Source: an uncultured Flavobacteriaceae bacterium
GTDB taxonomy: Bacteria; Bacteroidota; Bacteroidia; Flavobacteriales; Flavobacteriaceae
NCBI GenBank assembly: GCA_963807685.1
Contig: CAWECU010000010.1
Span: 35,339-99,338, forward strand
Length of the DNA stretch: 64,000 nucleotides
Direction of reading: 5' to 3'
Part shown: positions 42,257-51,216 of the stretch, in pieces
Position numbering within the stretch: the stretch's first letter is position 1
How the letters are laid out: each line of letters begins with the position of its first letter
Position numbers and translations under genes: made by a program
The notes under the pieces: generated by a model
What the model was told of the DNA's origin: nothing
Database searches by the model: none
The model's input: the letters and a program-made list of their open reading frames with translations, nothing else

Positions 42257-43201
42257 GTGAAGATTCTTCACCTGGATAAAAATCACCCCCTACTACTCGA
42301 GCAATTGAGTGCCGCCGGTTTTCAGAATACTGAAAACTATACGGCCTCCAAAGAAGAGATCGAAAAAATAATCCACAACTACGACGGGATCGTAATAAGA
42401 AGTAGATTTAGAATCGACCAAAAATTTCTGGATGCGGCCACACAACTCAAGTTTATTGCCCGCGTTGGAGCGGGGTTGGAAAGTATTGACATCGATTACG
42501 CTCGGCACAAGGGTATTCCTCTTTTTGCCGCACCAGAAGGCAATCGCAATGCCGTGGGAGAGCATACTCTGGGAATGCTTTTGTCGTTATTAAACAACTT
42601 GAACAAAGCCGATCGGGAGGTAAAAGCCGGACATTGGAACCGGGAAACCAATCGCGGCATCGAATTGGAAGGAAAAACCGTGGGGCTTATTGGTTACGGT
42701 AATATGGGGAAAGCCTTCGCTAAAAAATTAAAAGGGTTCGATTGCACGGTTTTTTGCCATGATATCGAGGCGAATGTTGGAAATAAAAACGCCACTCAGG
42801 TTTCCTTAAAAACGCTTCAGGAAATGGCAGATGTAGTGAGTTTGCACACACCATGGACTCCTTTGACCGATAAAATGGTGAATACTGAATTCATTGGCGC
42901 CTTTAAAAAACCCTTTTGGTTTATCAATACCGCCCGTGGAAAAAGTGTTGTGACTGCCGATCTGGTTTCGGCACTCAAAAGCGGAAAGGTCCTCGGTGCC
43001 GGACTTGATGTGTTGGAATATGAAAAATTATCGTTTGAATCCTTATTTACTTCCGAAGAAATCCCTCAAGCTTTACAAGAACTTATTGCCATGGACAACG
43101 TGATTATGAGCCCCCATATAGCCGGTTGGACGGTGGAAAGTAAGCAAAAATTGGCGCAAACCATCGTCGATAAAATCTTGAATACACTTAAGGAAGAATA
43201 G
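42257..43201 (+). CDS. D-2-hydroxyacid dehydrogenase (SerA-like)
   Basis: RVGAG, GYGNMG, NTARG, LDV, PHIAG; GTG start at 42257. Confidence 0.9.
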   Translation: MKILHLDKNHPLLLEQLSAAGFQNTENYTASKEEIEKIIHNYDGIVIRSRFRIDQKFLDAATQLKFIARVGAGLESIDIDYARHKGIPLFAAPEGNRNAVGEHTLGMLLSLLNNLNKADREVKAGHWNRETNRGIELEGKTVGLIGYGNMGKAFAKKLKGFDCTVFCHDIEANVGNKNATQVSLKTLQEMADVVSLHTPWTPLTDKMVNTEFIGAFKKPFWFINTARGKSVVTADLVSALKSGKVLGAGLDVLEYEKLSFESLFTSEEIPQALQELIAMDNVIMSPHIAGWTVESKQKLAQTIVDKILNTLKEE

Positions 43202-43357
43202 GTGTTTAAAATTGTCGCTGCGAAACTGAACTGAAGATTTTGAATGTGTCCAATTTTTCGTTGACCAATGTGCCGGTCACTACTAACGCAAACGAGTGTA
43301 ATGTCTACTCCGGGAAAGTTGTCAAGAGATAACAGGACAAATTTCTTATTTTTAAGG

Positions 43358-43777
43358 GTGAAAAAAACGATTCTCATTTTTGGCGCTTTGATACTTTCAC
43401 TACTCGCTTTATTTCAGTTGAGCAGTTATGTAGTGGTCTCAAAGAATCTACAGCTTGAATTTGTAATCGCGGGAATTGCCATCATATTTTTTGTGATAGG
43501 CGTTTATATGAATAAACAAAGTCTTCAGAAAACAACAGGCGCGACTCCAACCAATACGATAGATGAGGATGTGATTTCGGCTCTGGGATTGAGTCGGAGG
43601 GAATATGAGATTCTGGTGAAAATTTCGGAGGGATGCTCCAATAAGGAAATTGGTGCCGCCTTATTTGTTTCTGAAAGTACTGTAAAAACTCACATTTCCA
43701 ATCTATTTGCCAAATTGGACGTAAAACGCCGAACCCAAGCCGTAAAGCGGGCTAAGGAGCTCAATATTGTAGTTTAA
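43358..43777 (+). CDS. Membrane-anchored LuxR-type HTH regulator
   Basis: Two TM helices then LSRREYEIL...SNKEI...LFVSESTVKTH; no receiver domain; GTG start at 43358. Confidence 0.88.
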   Translation: MKKTILIFGALILSLLALFQLSSYVVVSKNLQLEFVIAGIAIIFFVIGVYMNKQSLQKTTGATPTNTIDEDVISALGLSRREYEILVKISEGCSNKEIGAALFVSESTVKTHISNLFAKLDVKRRTQAVKRAKELNIVV

Positions 43778-43785
43778 AGGCTCAT

Positions 43786-43824
43786 TAGCACTAAAGTAAA
43801 AGGCATTTTCGTACTTTAGTATGA
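43786..43824. promoter_or_regulatory. Putative LuxR-type operator (inverted repeats)
   Basis: ACTAAAGTA 43790-43798 / TACTTTAGT 43812-43820; TCGTACT-tt-AGTATGA quasi-palindrome. Confidence 0.5.
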
Positions 43825-43878
43825 GTGCTATAAGCTTCGTGTGGACTACATTCGTGAACAACTATAAAACCAGAAATC

Positions 43879-44337
43879 ATGAAAACTACCATTATCAAAT
43901 ATGGATTCTTTGCACTTCTCACCGGTGCGATCGTCTTTTTGGCAGCGCTCGTATTTGGAGCAGATCTAAGCGAAACCGGCAAGGTGATCCTGGGTTATGC
44001 CAGCATGGTCGTTTCTTTATCTTTTGTTTTCTTCGGAATAAAACACTATCGGGATAATGAAAATAACGGACTTATCACCTTTCGAACGGCTTTTATCATT
44101 GGTAGTTTCATCAGTCTTTTCGCTGGAGTAGGATTTGCGATCATAGATTATATCTACACGGCCATTATAGATCCAAATTGGATTGCCGATTATGTACAAC
44201 GACAGCGAGACCTGGGTGTTGTAGATGTCGATACGTCTCACACGAGTGGATCGCTGGCAGTTTTCATGTTTTTAATTGTAATGGTTATGGGCTTAATTAT
44301 TAGCATCTTATCGGCACTTATTCTTCAACGTAAATAA
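43879..44337 (+). CDS. DUF4199 family membrane protein
   Basis: GIKHYRD...G.ITF..AF..G; 4 TM. Confidence 0.8.
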   Translation: MKTTIIKYGFFALLTGAIVFLAALVFGADLSETGKVILGYASMVVSLSFVFFGIKHYRDNENNGLITFRTAFIIGSFISLFAGVGFAIIDYIYTAIIDPNWIADYVQRQRDLGVVDVDTSHTSGSLAVFMFLIVMVMGLIISILSALILQRK

Positions 44338-44344
44338 TACAATT

Positions 44345-44800
44345 ATGCAATACGAAGCAACCTCACCCGATAATTATATCGACCAGTTACCGGAAGACCG
44401 AAAGGAGCCGTTGAAAAAATTACGAAAGACGATTAAGGCAAATTTGCCAAAAGGTCTGGAAGAAGGAATGAATTACAAAATGATTGGCTTTTATGTCCCT
44501 CACTCAGTGTATCCTGGTGGTTATCACTGCGATCCCAAACTTCCGTTGCCCTTTATGAACATTGCCTCTCAAAAGAACTTCGTTGCTTTCTACCACATGG
44601 GTATGTATGCGAATAAGGCATTATTAGATTGGTTTGTTGCCGAGTATCCAAAACATAGCAAGTATAAATTGGATATGGGTAAAAGCTGTGTTCGTTTTAA
44701 AAAGGTGGACGCCATCCCGTATGACCTCATAGGCGAATTGGTCGCCAAGATGACCACAGAAGAGTGGATCGAGATCTACGAAGCAAACATTAAAAGATAG
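44345..44800 (+). CDS. DUF1801 (YdhG-like) protein
   Basis: YIDQLPEDRK, YPGGYHC, ASQKN, DMGKSCVRF. Confidence 0.85.
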   Translation: MQYEATSPDNYIDQLPEDRKEPLKKLRKTIKANLPKGLEEGMNYKMIGFYVPHSVYPGGYHCDPKLPLPFMNIASQKNFVAFYHMGMYANKALLDWFVAEYPKHSKYKLDMGKSCVRFKKVDAIPYDLIGELVAKMTTEEWIEIYEANIKR

Positions 44801-44824
44801 ACCCTGTACGAACCGAAGACCAAA

Positions 44825-45211
44825 ATGAACGATGACGATGTAGACGCTTTATTAAGTGAATTTAAGGAGGAGGCACGTTATCCGGATCTGTTACGATTAT
44901 TGGAACTTATGCGGAAGATCTCCGGCAGCCCCCCTAAAATATGGGGAAGTTCCATCATTGGATTCGGATCGTATCATTACAAGGGGAAAACATCTGAGGG
45001 TGAGTGGTTTTGTATTGGATTTTCCCCCAGGAAGGCAAATACAACCATTTATGCCATCTCAGGATTTGAAAAGGAAAAGGCGCTGATGGAACAATTGGGA
45101 AAGTACAAGACCGGCAAATCTTGCCTCTATGTGAGGCGAATGGAAGATATCGATATGGCGATTCTTGAGGAGTTCCTGAAACGGTCTATGGTCGTTATGA
45201 AAGAATGGTAA
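44825..45211 (+). CDS. DUF1801 (YdhG-like) protein; start may be CTG 44804
   Basis: IWGSSIIGFGSYHY, GFSPRK, LGKYKTGKSCLY. Confidence 0.85.
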   Translation: MNDDDVDALLSEFKEEARYPDLLRLLELMRKISGSPPKIWGSSIIGFGSYHYKGKTSEGEWFCIGFSPRKANTTIYAISGFEKEKALMEQLGKYKTGKSCLYVRRMEDIDMAILEEFLKRSMVVMKEW

Positions 45212-45257
45212 TTGAAATTAATAACATAATAGTTCCCGTACTTATCGGGGTATACAG

Positions 45258-45644
45258 ATGAAAAATAGAGTAACAGGATTGGGAGGATTTTTCTTTAAAA
45301 CCAAAGATCCCGATCACATCAAAAATTGGTATAAAGAACATCTGGGCATTCCCACAGACCAATACGGATGGACGTTTTGGTGGAAGGACGAAGCAGGCAA
45401 TAAATGTTCTACGCAATGGAGTCCATTTAAAGATGATACCCAATACTTCAAACCCAGTGATAAACAGTTTATGATGAACTTTCGGGTCGAGAATCTGGTC
45501 AAATTGCTTGAGGTTCTCAAGGAAGAAGGTGTTACCATTGTGGGTAAAATGGAAGAATACGATTATGGGAAGTTTGGGTGGATCCTGGATCCCGAGGGTA
45601 ACAAGATAGAACTATGGGAACCCATCGACAGTTCTTTCCTATAG
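45258..45644 (+). CDS. VOC/glyoxalase family protein
   Basis: RVTGLGGFFFK, MMNFRV, DPEGNKIELWEP. Confidence 0.9.
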   Translation: MKNRVTGLGGFFFKTKDPDHIKNWYKEHLGIPTDQYGWTFWWKDEAGNKCSTQWSPFKDDTQYFKPSDKQFMMNFRVENLVKLLEVLKEEGVTIVGKMEEYDYGKFGWILDPEGNKIELWEPIDSSFL

Positions 45645-45734
45645 GAAATTTCTGAATGAAAACTATATGAATTCCAATAGAATAGGTTAAAAAAAATTCC
45701 CTATTTTTATATCTCAACTAAAATCCAATTTATT

Positions 45735-46121
45735 ATGTCTGAAGAAAACACCAATGAAGACTATGACAGCACCAAGGATAAACTTGAGGACGCTGCAGAA
45801 AAAGCGGAAAGCTCGACCAAGGAAACCGTAAACGAAATGAAAGAAGGATGGAACCAAGCCACCAACAACGGGGAAAACAAAAAGTTGCTGGCGGGACTTC
45901 TGGCCATTTTTATAGGATCCTTAGGTATTCATAAATTTATCCTCGGATATCAGAAAGAAGGCGTCATCATGCTGGTTGTTTCCTTGGTTGGATGGTTTCT
46001 ATGTGGAATTCCAACGCTCATTGTATGGGCCGTAGGGGTCGTGGAAGGAATTATGTATCTCACCAAAAGTGATGAGGAATTCTATGAAACTTATCAGGTT
46101 AACAAAAAACCCTGGTTCTAA
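45735..46121 (+). CDS. TM2 domain protein
   Basis: KLLAGLLAIFIGSLGIHKFILG. Confidence 0.88.
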   Translation: MSEENTNEDYDSTKDKLEDAAEKAESSTKETVNEMKEGWNQATNNGENKKLLAGLLAIFIGSLGIHKFILGYQKEGVIMLVVSLVGWFLCGIPTLIVWAVGVVEGIMYLTKSDEEFYETYQVNKKPWF

Positions 46122-46127
46122 GATTCC

Positions 46128-46163
46128 AAAGCTTTTAGAAGAAAATATTCTAAAAGCTTTTTT
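46128..46163 (+). terminator. Intrinsic terminator
   Basis: AAAGCTTTTAGAA-gaaaata-TTCTAAAAGCTTT plus T-run. Confidence 0.8.
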
Positions 46164-46174
46164 AATTCAGTCTA

Positions 46175-46194
46175 ATATCGTAATATTGCGATAT
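46175..46194. promoter_or_regulatory. Putative ArsR operator
   Basis: Near-perfect palindrome ATATCGTAATATTGCGATAT, 17 nt before arsR. Confidence 0.7.
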
Positions 46195-46211
46195 ATAAAT
46201 TACAAATAGTC

Positions 46212-46535
46212 ATGGGCGTTTCAAAAAGATATTTGCATACCGTTAGTGTCAACCAGTTGGCAGATCTGGCCAAAGTGCTCTCACATCCCGCCCGAATCTC
46301 TATTTTAAACTACATTGGGGACTGCGACGGCTGCCTCTGCAAGGATATTTCAGAAAAAATAAAACTGTCACAACCCACCACATCCCAGCATTTACAGGTT
46401 ATTAAAAAAGCGGGATTGCTCAAAAGCAAATTCGAGGGGAAAAGTCAATACTATAGAATTAACGCAGACAAGCTTACGGCACTCAAAGAATTATTTCAAG
46501 ATTTCTTTGAAACCACTGAGGCCAAATGCTGCTAA
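46212..46535 (+). CDS. arsR: ArsR family repressor
   Basis: KVLSHPARISIL, CDGCLC, LSQPTTSQHL, C-terminal CC. Confidence 0.9.
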   Translation: MGVSKRYLHTVSVNQLADLAKVLSHPARISILNYIGDCDGCLCKDISEKIKLSQPTTSQHLQVIKKAGLLKSKFEGKSQYYRINADKLTALKELFQDFFETTEAKCC

Positions 46536-46546
46536 CACCTTTTAAA

Positions 46547-47056
46547 ATGAAAACACACGAATTTTTACAACTCCTGGAAGAGAATAAAGATACTGCACTC
46601 TTGTTCGAATACGCGCCCAACCAATTGGTAGGCGCCAATTACCACCTCACCGAAGTGAAACATATTCGCATAGATTCGGTCGATTGCGGAGCAGGTGTCG
46701 ATTTCTGGAACGAAACTATTATCCAGTTATGGGAGAGTCCTTCCGAGCTGGGTAAAACCGAATACATGAGCAGTTTCAAAGCACTGGGTATCCTCAAAAA
46801 AGTAGGGAAAATAAAACCCTTCGATATGCAGGCCGAAGTGAAATTTGAATACGGCAACGCCCTGTTTCACACCGCACAACTATTTGTAGACCATAATGTC
46901 GTGCGCAATGGCAGGTTATTGATGACCCTTTCTGCCGAAAAAACCGATTGCAAGGCGAAGGAAGCCTGCGGGATTCCGGTTTCCGAAGCCGCTGCAGAGG
47001 CCAGAGAAGCGGTTACAGCCGATGGATGTTGTACCCCGGAAGGAGGCTGCTGTTAG
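46547..47056 (+). CDS. DUF6428-like protein with Cys-rich tail
   Basis: YHLTEVK..IDSVDCG, TDCKAKEACG, C-terminal CCTPEGGCC. Confidence 0.75.
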   Translation: MKTHEFLQLLEENKDTALLFEYAPNQLVGANYHLTEVKHIRIDSVDCGAGVDFWNETIIQLWESPSELGKTEYMSSFKALGILKKVGKIKPFDMQAEVKFEYGNALFHTAQLFVDHNVVRNGRLLMTLSAEKTDCKAKEACGIPVSEAAAEAREAVTADGCCTPEGGCC

Positions 47057-47059
47057 CAC

Positions 47060-47557
47060 ATGAAGATCTGTCCTCTTCAAAAGGAGCATTACCCGCAAGT
47101 TGCCGCCATCTATGCCGAGGGACTGGCCACTGGAATTGCCTCGTTTGAAACCAAGATTCCGGACTGTAAACAGTGGGATGAAAAATTTCTTGACGTGTGC
47201 AGATTTGTTTATATGAAGGAGGATCAGGTGGCAGCCTGGTGTGCCTTGAGTTCCGTTTCCAAACGTTCCGTTTACAGAGGAGTTGCCGAAGATACCATCT
47301 ATGTAGCTTCCCGGTTTCAGAAACAAGGAATTGGGAAGAAGTTACTGCAACATCTCATCAATGAAAGTGAAAAAGCCGGATTCTGGACCCTTCAAGCAGG
47401 AATATTTCCGGAAAATGTATCGAGCATTCGCCTTCATGAAAAATGCGGGTTTCGCCGCATAGGCATCCGTGAAAAAATCGCACAGCGCCATGGTAAATGG
47501 CATGACAATGTACTCTTTGAGCGACGTATCGCTATGAATACTAATAACAAATCATAA
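47060..47557 (+). CDS. GNAT N-acetyltransferase (Pat/ArsN-like)
   Basis: IYAEG..TG.ASFE, QKQGIGKKLL, WTLQAGIFPEN..SI.LH. Confidence 0.85.
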   Translation: MKICPLQKEHYPQVAAIYAEGLATGIASFETKIPDCKQWDEKFLDVCRFVYMKEDQVAAWCALSSVSKRSVYRGVAEDTIYVASRFQKQGIGKKLLQHLINESEKAGFWTLQAGIFPENVSSIRLHEKCGFRRIGIREKIAQRHGKWHDNVLFERRIAMNTNNKS

Positions 47558-47562
47558 ACTTT

Positions 47563-47979
47563 ATGAAAAAAATACTGGTGCTTTGCACAGGAAATAGTTG
47601 CCGCAGTCAGATGGCCCATGGTTATTTACAGCATTTTTCCGAAGATAAAGCCAACATTTACAGCGCCGGGATTGAAACTCATGGCCTTAACCCGGGTGCG
47701 GTCTCTATCATGGCGGAGGACGGGATCGACATTAGCCACCACACCTCCAACCATGTGGATGAATATCAGGGCATGGATTGGGACTTTATTATTACAGTTT
47801 GTGACCACGCCCGTGAAAATTGTCCTTTTATTCCTTCATTTCGGGCAGAACGTTTGCATCATAACTTTTTCGATCCGTCCAAAGTCAAAGGTTCTCCGGA
47901 AGAAATACACACGGCTTTCGCCAAAGCAAGGGATGAGATTAAAGAATATTGTCGTAATTTTATAGAACACAAGCTATAA
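47563..47979 (+). CDS. arsC: Arsenate reductase (LMW-PTP type)
   Basis: CTGNSCRS, TVCD...ENCP, DP. Confidence 0.93.
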   Translation: MKKILVLCTGNSCRSQMAHGYLQHFSEDKANIYSAGIETHGLNPGAVSIMAEDGIDISHHTSNHVDEYQGMDWDFIITVCDHARENCPFIPSFRAERLHHNFFDPSKVKGSPEEIHTAFAKARDEIKEYCRNFIEHKL

Positions 47980-47982
47980 AGT

Positions 47983-48345
47983 ATGTCACTAGCCGCAGCC
48001 ATTTTGATAGGCGTGATCGCCGCAATCCATCTTTATATTTTATGGTTCGAAATGTTCGCCTGGACAACACGCGGCCGTAAAGTTTTCAGGCATTTTCCCA
48101 AAGAACTCTTTGAACCTACCAGGCCAATGGCTGCCAATCAAGGGCTATACAATGGTTTTCTGGCAGCCGGATTGATCTGGACCTTTTTTATTGATAATCC
48201 GGAATGGAAAATAAATGTGGCACTTTTCTTTTTGGGATGTGTAGCCGTAGCCGGGATCTTCGGGGCGTTAACTGCCAGCAAAAAAATCTTTTTTGTGCAG
48301 GCACTTCCGGCCTTAATTGGAATTGGATTGGTTCTTGCTGGCTAG
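47983..48345 (+). CDS. DUF1304 family membrane protein
   Basis: HLYILWFEMF, ANQGLYNGFLA, VQALPA. Confidence 0.88.
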   Translation: MSLAAAILIGVIAAIHLYILWFEMFAWTTRGRKVFRHFPKELFEPTRPMAANQGLYNGFLAAGLIWTFFIDNPEWKINVALFFLGCVAVAGIFGALTASKKIFFVQALPALIGIGLVLAG

Positions 48346-48630
48346 ATCTGTTTAATGATTTGGGTACTTTTACTACTAAAGGATTATCCACTTCGGAAAA
48401 ATACCCTCAAGCCAATGTGTTGATCTCAAAGCAGGATTTCGATCGTCCTAATTGTCGGGAAAGATATCCCGATGTTTCGGATGTGCTCAAAATCTATGGA
48501 GTTAATTAACGAGTACCCGGAAGCCACCACTAAATAAGTTGCTTAATTTTCATATATTTATGGGGACAAATTCAGTTCCCGCTCTTAATTTCTTCCGAAG
48601 AAAAAACAACCAATTCCTAATTCATTAATT

Positions 48631-50151
48631 ATGAGACGACTTCCTATTATTTTTCTCTTGTTACTTGTGGTTTCCTGCCAGCAAAATAAACCCGAAAAAG
48701 AATATCTCGGTATTGTCAATATTGAGATAAGCGGTGCTGAAAAAGCGGTTCCTCATTTTGAAAAAGGGCTGCTCCTGCTTCATTCTTTCGAATACGATGA
48801 TGCCCGTGAAGCCTTTAAAAAAGCACAGGAACTAGATCCAAAAATGCCCATGGCTTATTGGGGAGAAGCAATGACCTATAACCATAGCTTATGGGGAGAA
48901 CAGGATTATGACAAGGGAACTGCCGCTCTGGCCCATTTGGAAAAGATCGATCTTGCCAAATACGCCACAAAACTTGAAAGTGATTTTATAGAAGCAGTAC
49001 AAGTTTTGTATCAGGAAGAGACAGAAAAGACGGAACGGGATATTGCCTATGCCAATTTTATGGAAGGGCTTTCAAAAAAGTATCCAGCGAATCACGAGAT
49101 CGCCGCTTTTTATGCCATTTCCTTGTTGGGATCAGTTCCGGAAGGCAGGGATGATGAACTGTATGGGAAGGGTGCGAAAATCGCACAGGGTATCTTAAAG
49201 GAAAATCCCAATCATCCGGGTGCCTTACACTATCTTATTCATTCCTATGACGACCCCAGTCATGCCACTCTTGCCCTGGATGCCGCCAATGCTTATTCAA
49301 AGGTAGCGCCAGATGCGAGCCATGCCCTGCACATGCCGTCGCATATTTATGTTGCCATGGGTATGTGGGATGAGGTGATCTCTTCCAATATCAATTCGTA
49401 TCAAGCCAGTCTTAATCGAATGGAGCGAAAAAAACTAGATAACGACGCCCGGGGCTATCATGCCTATCATTGGCTTGAGTATGGATATCTTCAAAAAGGA
49501 AACCATGAAGAGGCGAAAAAAATGGTGCTGGAAATGAAACAATTTACGGCCGATAAACCGTCCAAGAGAGCAAGAGTTCATCTGGTATTTTTAAAAGGAA
49601 CCTATTTGGTGGGTACGAATGAATGGGCTAGTGAATTAGCCGATATTCCCGTGGATGTATCCGATTTAAATATCTCGGTTCGCTCGCAGTATCAATTTTT
49701 GGAAGGGATGAAGGCGTTTCATCATGGAAACCTAACACGACTTGACAGTATTATTAAGATCATGGACAATGACTCCAAGCGTGAATCGTTCGTTGCTGCC
49801 GCTGGCAGTGCAAAGCTTTGTTCAGGGATTTCTCGTGATCAAGCCAACGAAACTGATATCATAGAAGCACAAATACGAAAAGATCAATTGCAGGGACTTG
49901 CTGCATCTTTGGAAAATAATATGACATTGGCCGAAGACTACTTTTTAAAATCCATTGCCCTGCAGGAGAGTATTAGTTATAGCTACGGCCCTCCGCACAT
50001 TCAAAAACCAACACATGAACTCTATGCAGATTGGTTACTCACACAAAACAGAAATGAGGAGGCCACCCAACAGTACACGCTAAGTTTGAAAACGGCACCC
50101 AAAAGAACGCTGGCACTGCAAGGAATCGAACGGGCTAAACGAGTGCTTTGA
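48631..50151 (+). CDS. TPR-containing lipoprotein
   Basis: Lipobox VVS-C; HPGALHYLIH, HALHMPSHIY. Confidence 0.8.
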   Translation: MRRLPIIFLLLLVVSCQQNKPEKEYLGIVNIEISGAEKAVPHFEKGLLLLHSFEYDDAREAFKKAQELDPKMPMAYWGEAMTYNHSLWGEQDYDKGTAALAHLEKIDLAKYATKLESDFIEAVQVLYQEETEKTERDIAYANFMEGLSKKYPANHEIAAFYAISLLGSVPEGRDDELYGKGAKIAQGILKENPNHPGALHYLIHSYDDPSHATLALDAANAYSKVAPDASHALHMPSHIYVAMGMWDEVISSNINSYQASLNRMERKKLDNDARGYHAYHWLEYGYLQKGNHEEAKKMVLEMKQFTADKPSKRARVHLVFLKGTYLVGTNEWASELADIPVDVSDLNISVRSQYQFLEGMKAFHHGNLTRLDSIIKIMDNDSKRESFVAAAGSAKLCSGISRDQANETDIIEAQIRKDQLQGLAASLENNMTLAEDYFLKSIALQESISYSYGPPHIQKPTHELYADWLLTQNRNEEATQQYTLSLKTAPKRTLALQGIERAKRVL

Positions 50152-50519
50152 TGATAAAAATATTCTTTTCATTGTTGCTCCTGGGTGTATGTTTAAGTTG
50201 TGACAACAAAAATGAACTGCCCGATCCCTTAAAGGCCGGCTGGAACGGTGAGGCGGTTTGCGAACTTATGGAAGACAGTTCCCGGCTACGGGTTTTAAAA
50301 TGTACCTTTCCTCCCGGTGTAGGTCACGAACGCCATTACCACAAACCACACGTGGGATATACGCTGGCTGGCAGTACGTTTCGAATGAAAGACGCCGATG
50401 GAATTCGGGAAGTTGCGGTGCCAACAGGAACCCACTTTTCCAGTGAAGGCACTGCATGGCATGAAGTTTTGAATATTGGAGACAGCACCGCCGTATTCCT
50501 AATTATGGAACCTAAATAG
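50148..50519 (+). CDS. Cupin lipoprotein
   Basis: Lipobox CLS-C; HERHYH, WHEVLN. Confidence 0.75.
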   Translation: MMIKIFFSLLLLGVCLSCDNKNELPDPLKAGWNGEAVCELMEDSSRLRVLKCTFPPGVGHERHYHKPHVGYTLAGSTFRMKDADGIREVAVPTGTHFSSEGTAWHEVLNIGDSTAVFLIMEPK

Positions 50520-50679
50520 TCCTTTTTTCTTTTTAAAAATCCATACCTTGTAACAGTAGGAATTGTTTCGGTGTGGAGATCGGTAATGTCGTACGATTTG
50601 GACTTGGTGCTGCCATGAAATAACTGGATTCAATGAAATGGGAAAAGGAACAAATGAACATTTTAATCAATTAAAGACG

Positions 50680-51216
50680 ATGCAATTTGACCTGAATCAA
50701 GCTATTTCAGTACTGGAGAGAACTCCGATTGTCTTGAGAAACCTGCTGAACAATCTTTCGCAGCATTGGACGCATAGTAACGAAGGAGCGGCTACCTGGA
50801 GTCCATATGATGTTGTAGGCCATTTGGTTCACGGTGAAAAAACCGATTGGATGCCGCGATTGGAAATTATCCTTAGTGATGATCCAAATAAAACCTTCGA
50901 ACCCTATGACCGTTTCGCGCAATTTAAAATGAGTAAAGGGAAATCTCTGGGAGATTTATTGGACAAATTTGAAATTCTTCGGAAGAAAAATCTCCGCAAT
51001 CTAAAATCCAAATTTCTAACATCGGAGGAACTATCGCGCAAGGGAATCCATCCTGAATTAGGCCCCGTTAGCCTAAACCAAATGCTTTCTGCCTGGGTAG
51101 TCCACGACCTTGGACACATTGCCCAAATTTCAAGAGTCATGGCAAAACAATATAAAGATGAGGTTGGCCCCTGGCCAAAATACCTTACCATTTTAAATTC
51201 AACCCCCAAAGAATGA
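50680..51216 (+). CDS. DinB family protein
   Basis: WSPYDVVGHL..GE, WVVHDLGHIAQI. Confidence 0.88.
   Translation: MQFDLNQAISVLERTPIVLRNLLNNLSQHWTHSNEGAATWSPYDVVGHLVHGEKTDWMPRLEIILSDDPNKTFEPYDRFAQFKMSKGKSLGDLLDKFEILRKKNLRNLKSKFLTSEELSRKGIHPELGPVSLNQMLSAWVVHDLGHIAQISRVMAKQYKDEVGPWPKYLTILNSTPKE

Noticed and set aside
48346-48509. Possible gene remnant (KYPQANVLISKQDF) after DUF1304
   Set aside because: No credible start and the resemblance to a hydrolase fragment is too weak to call without a search.
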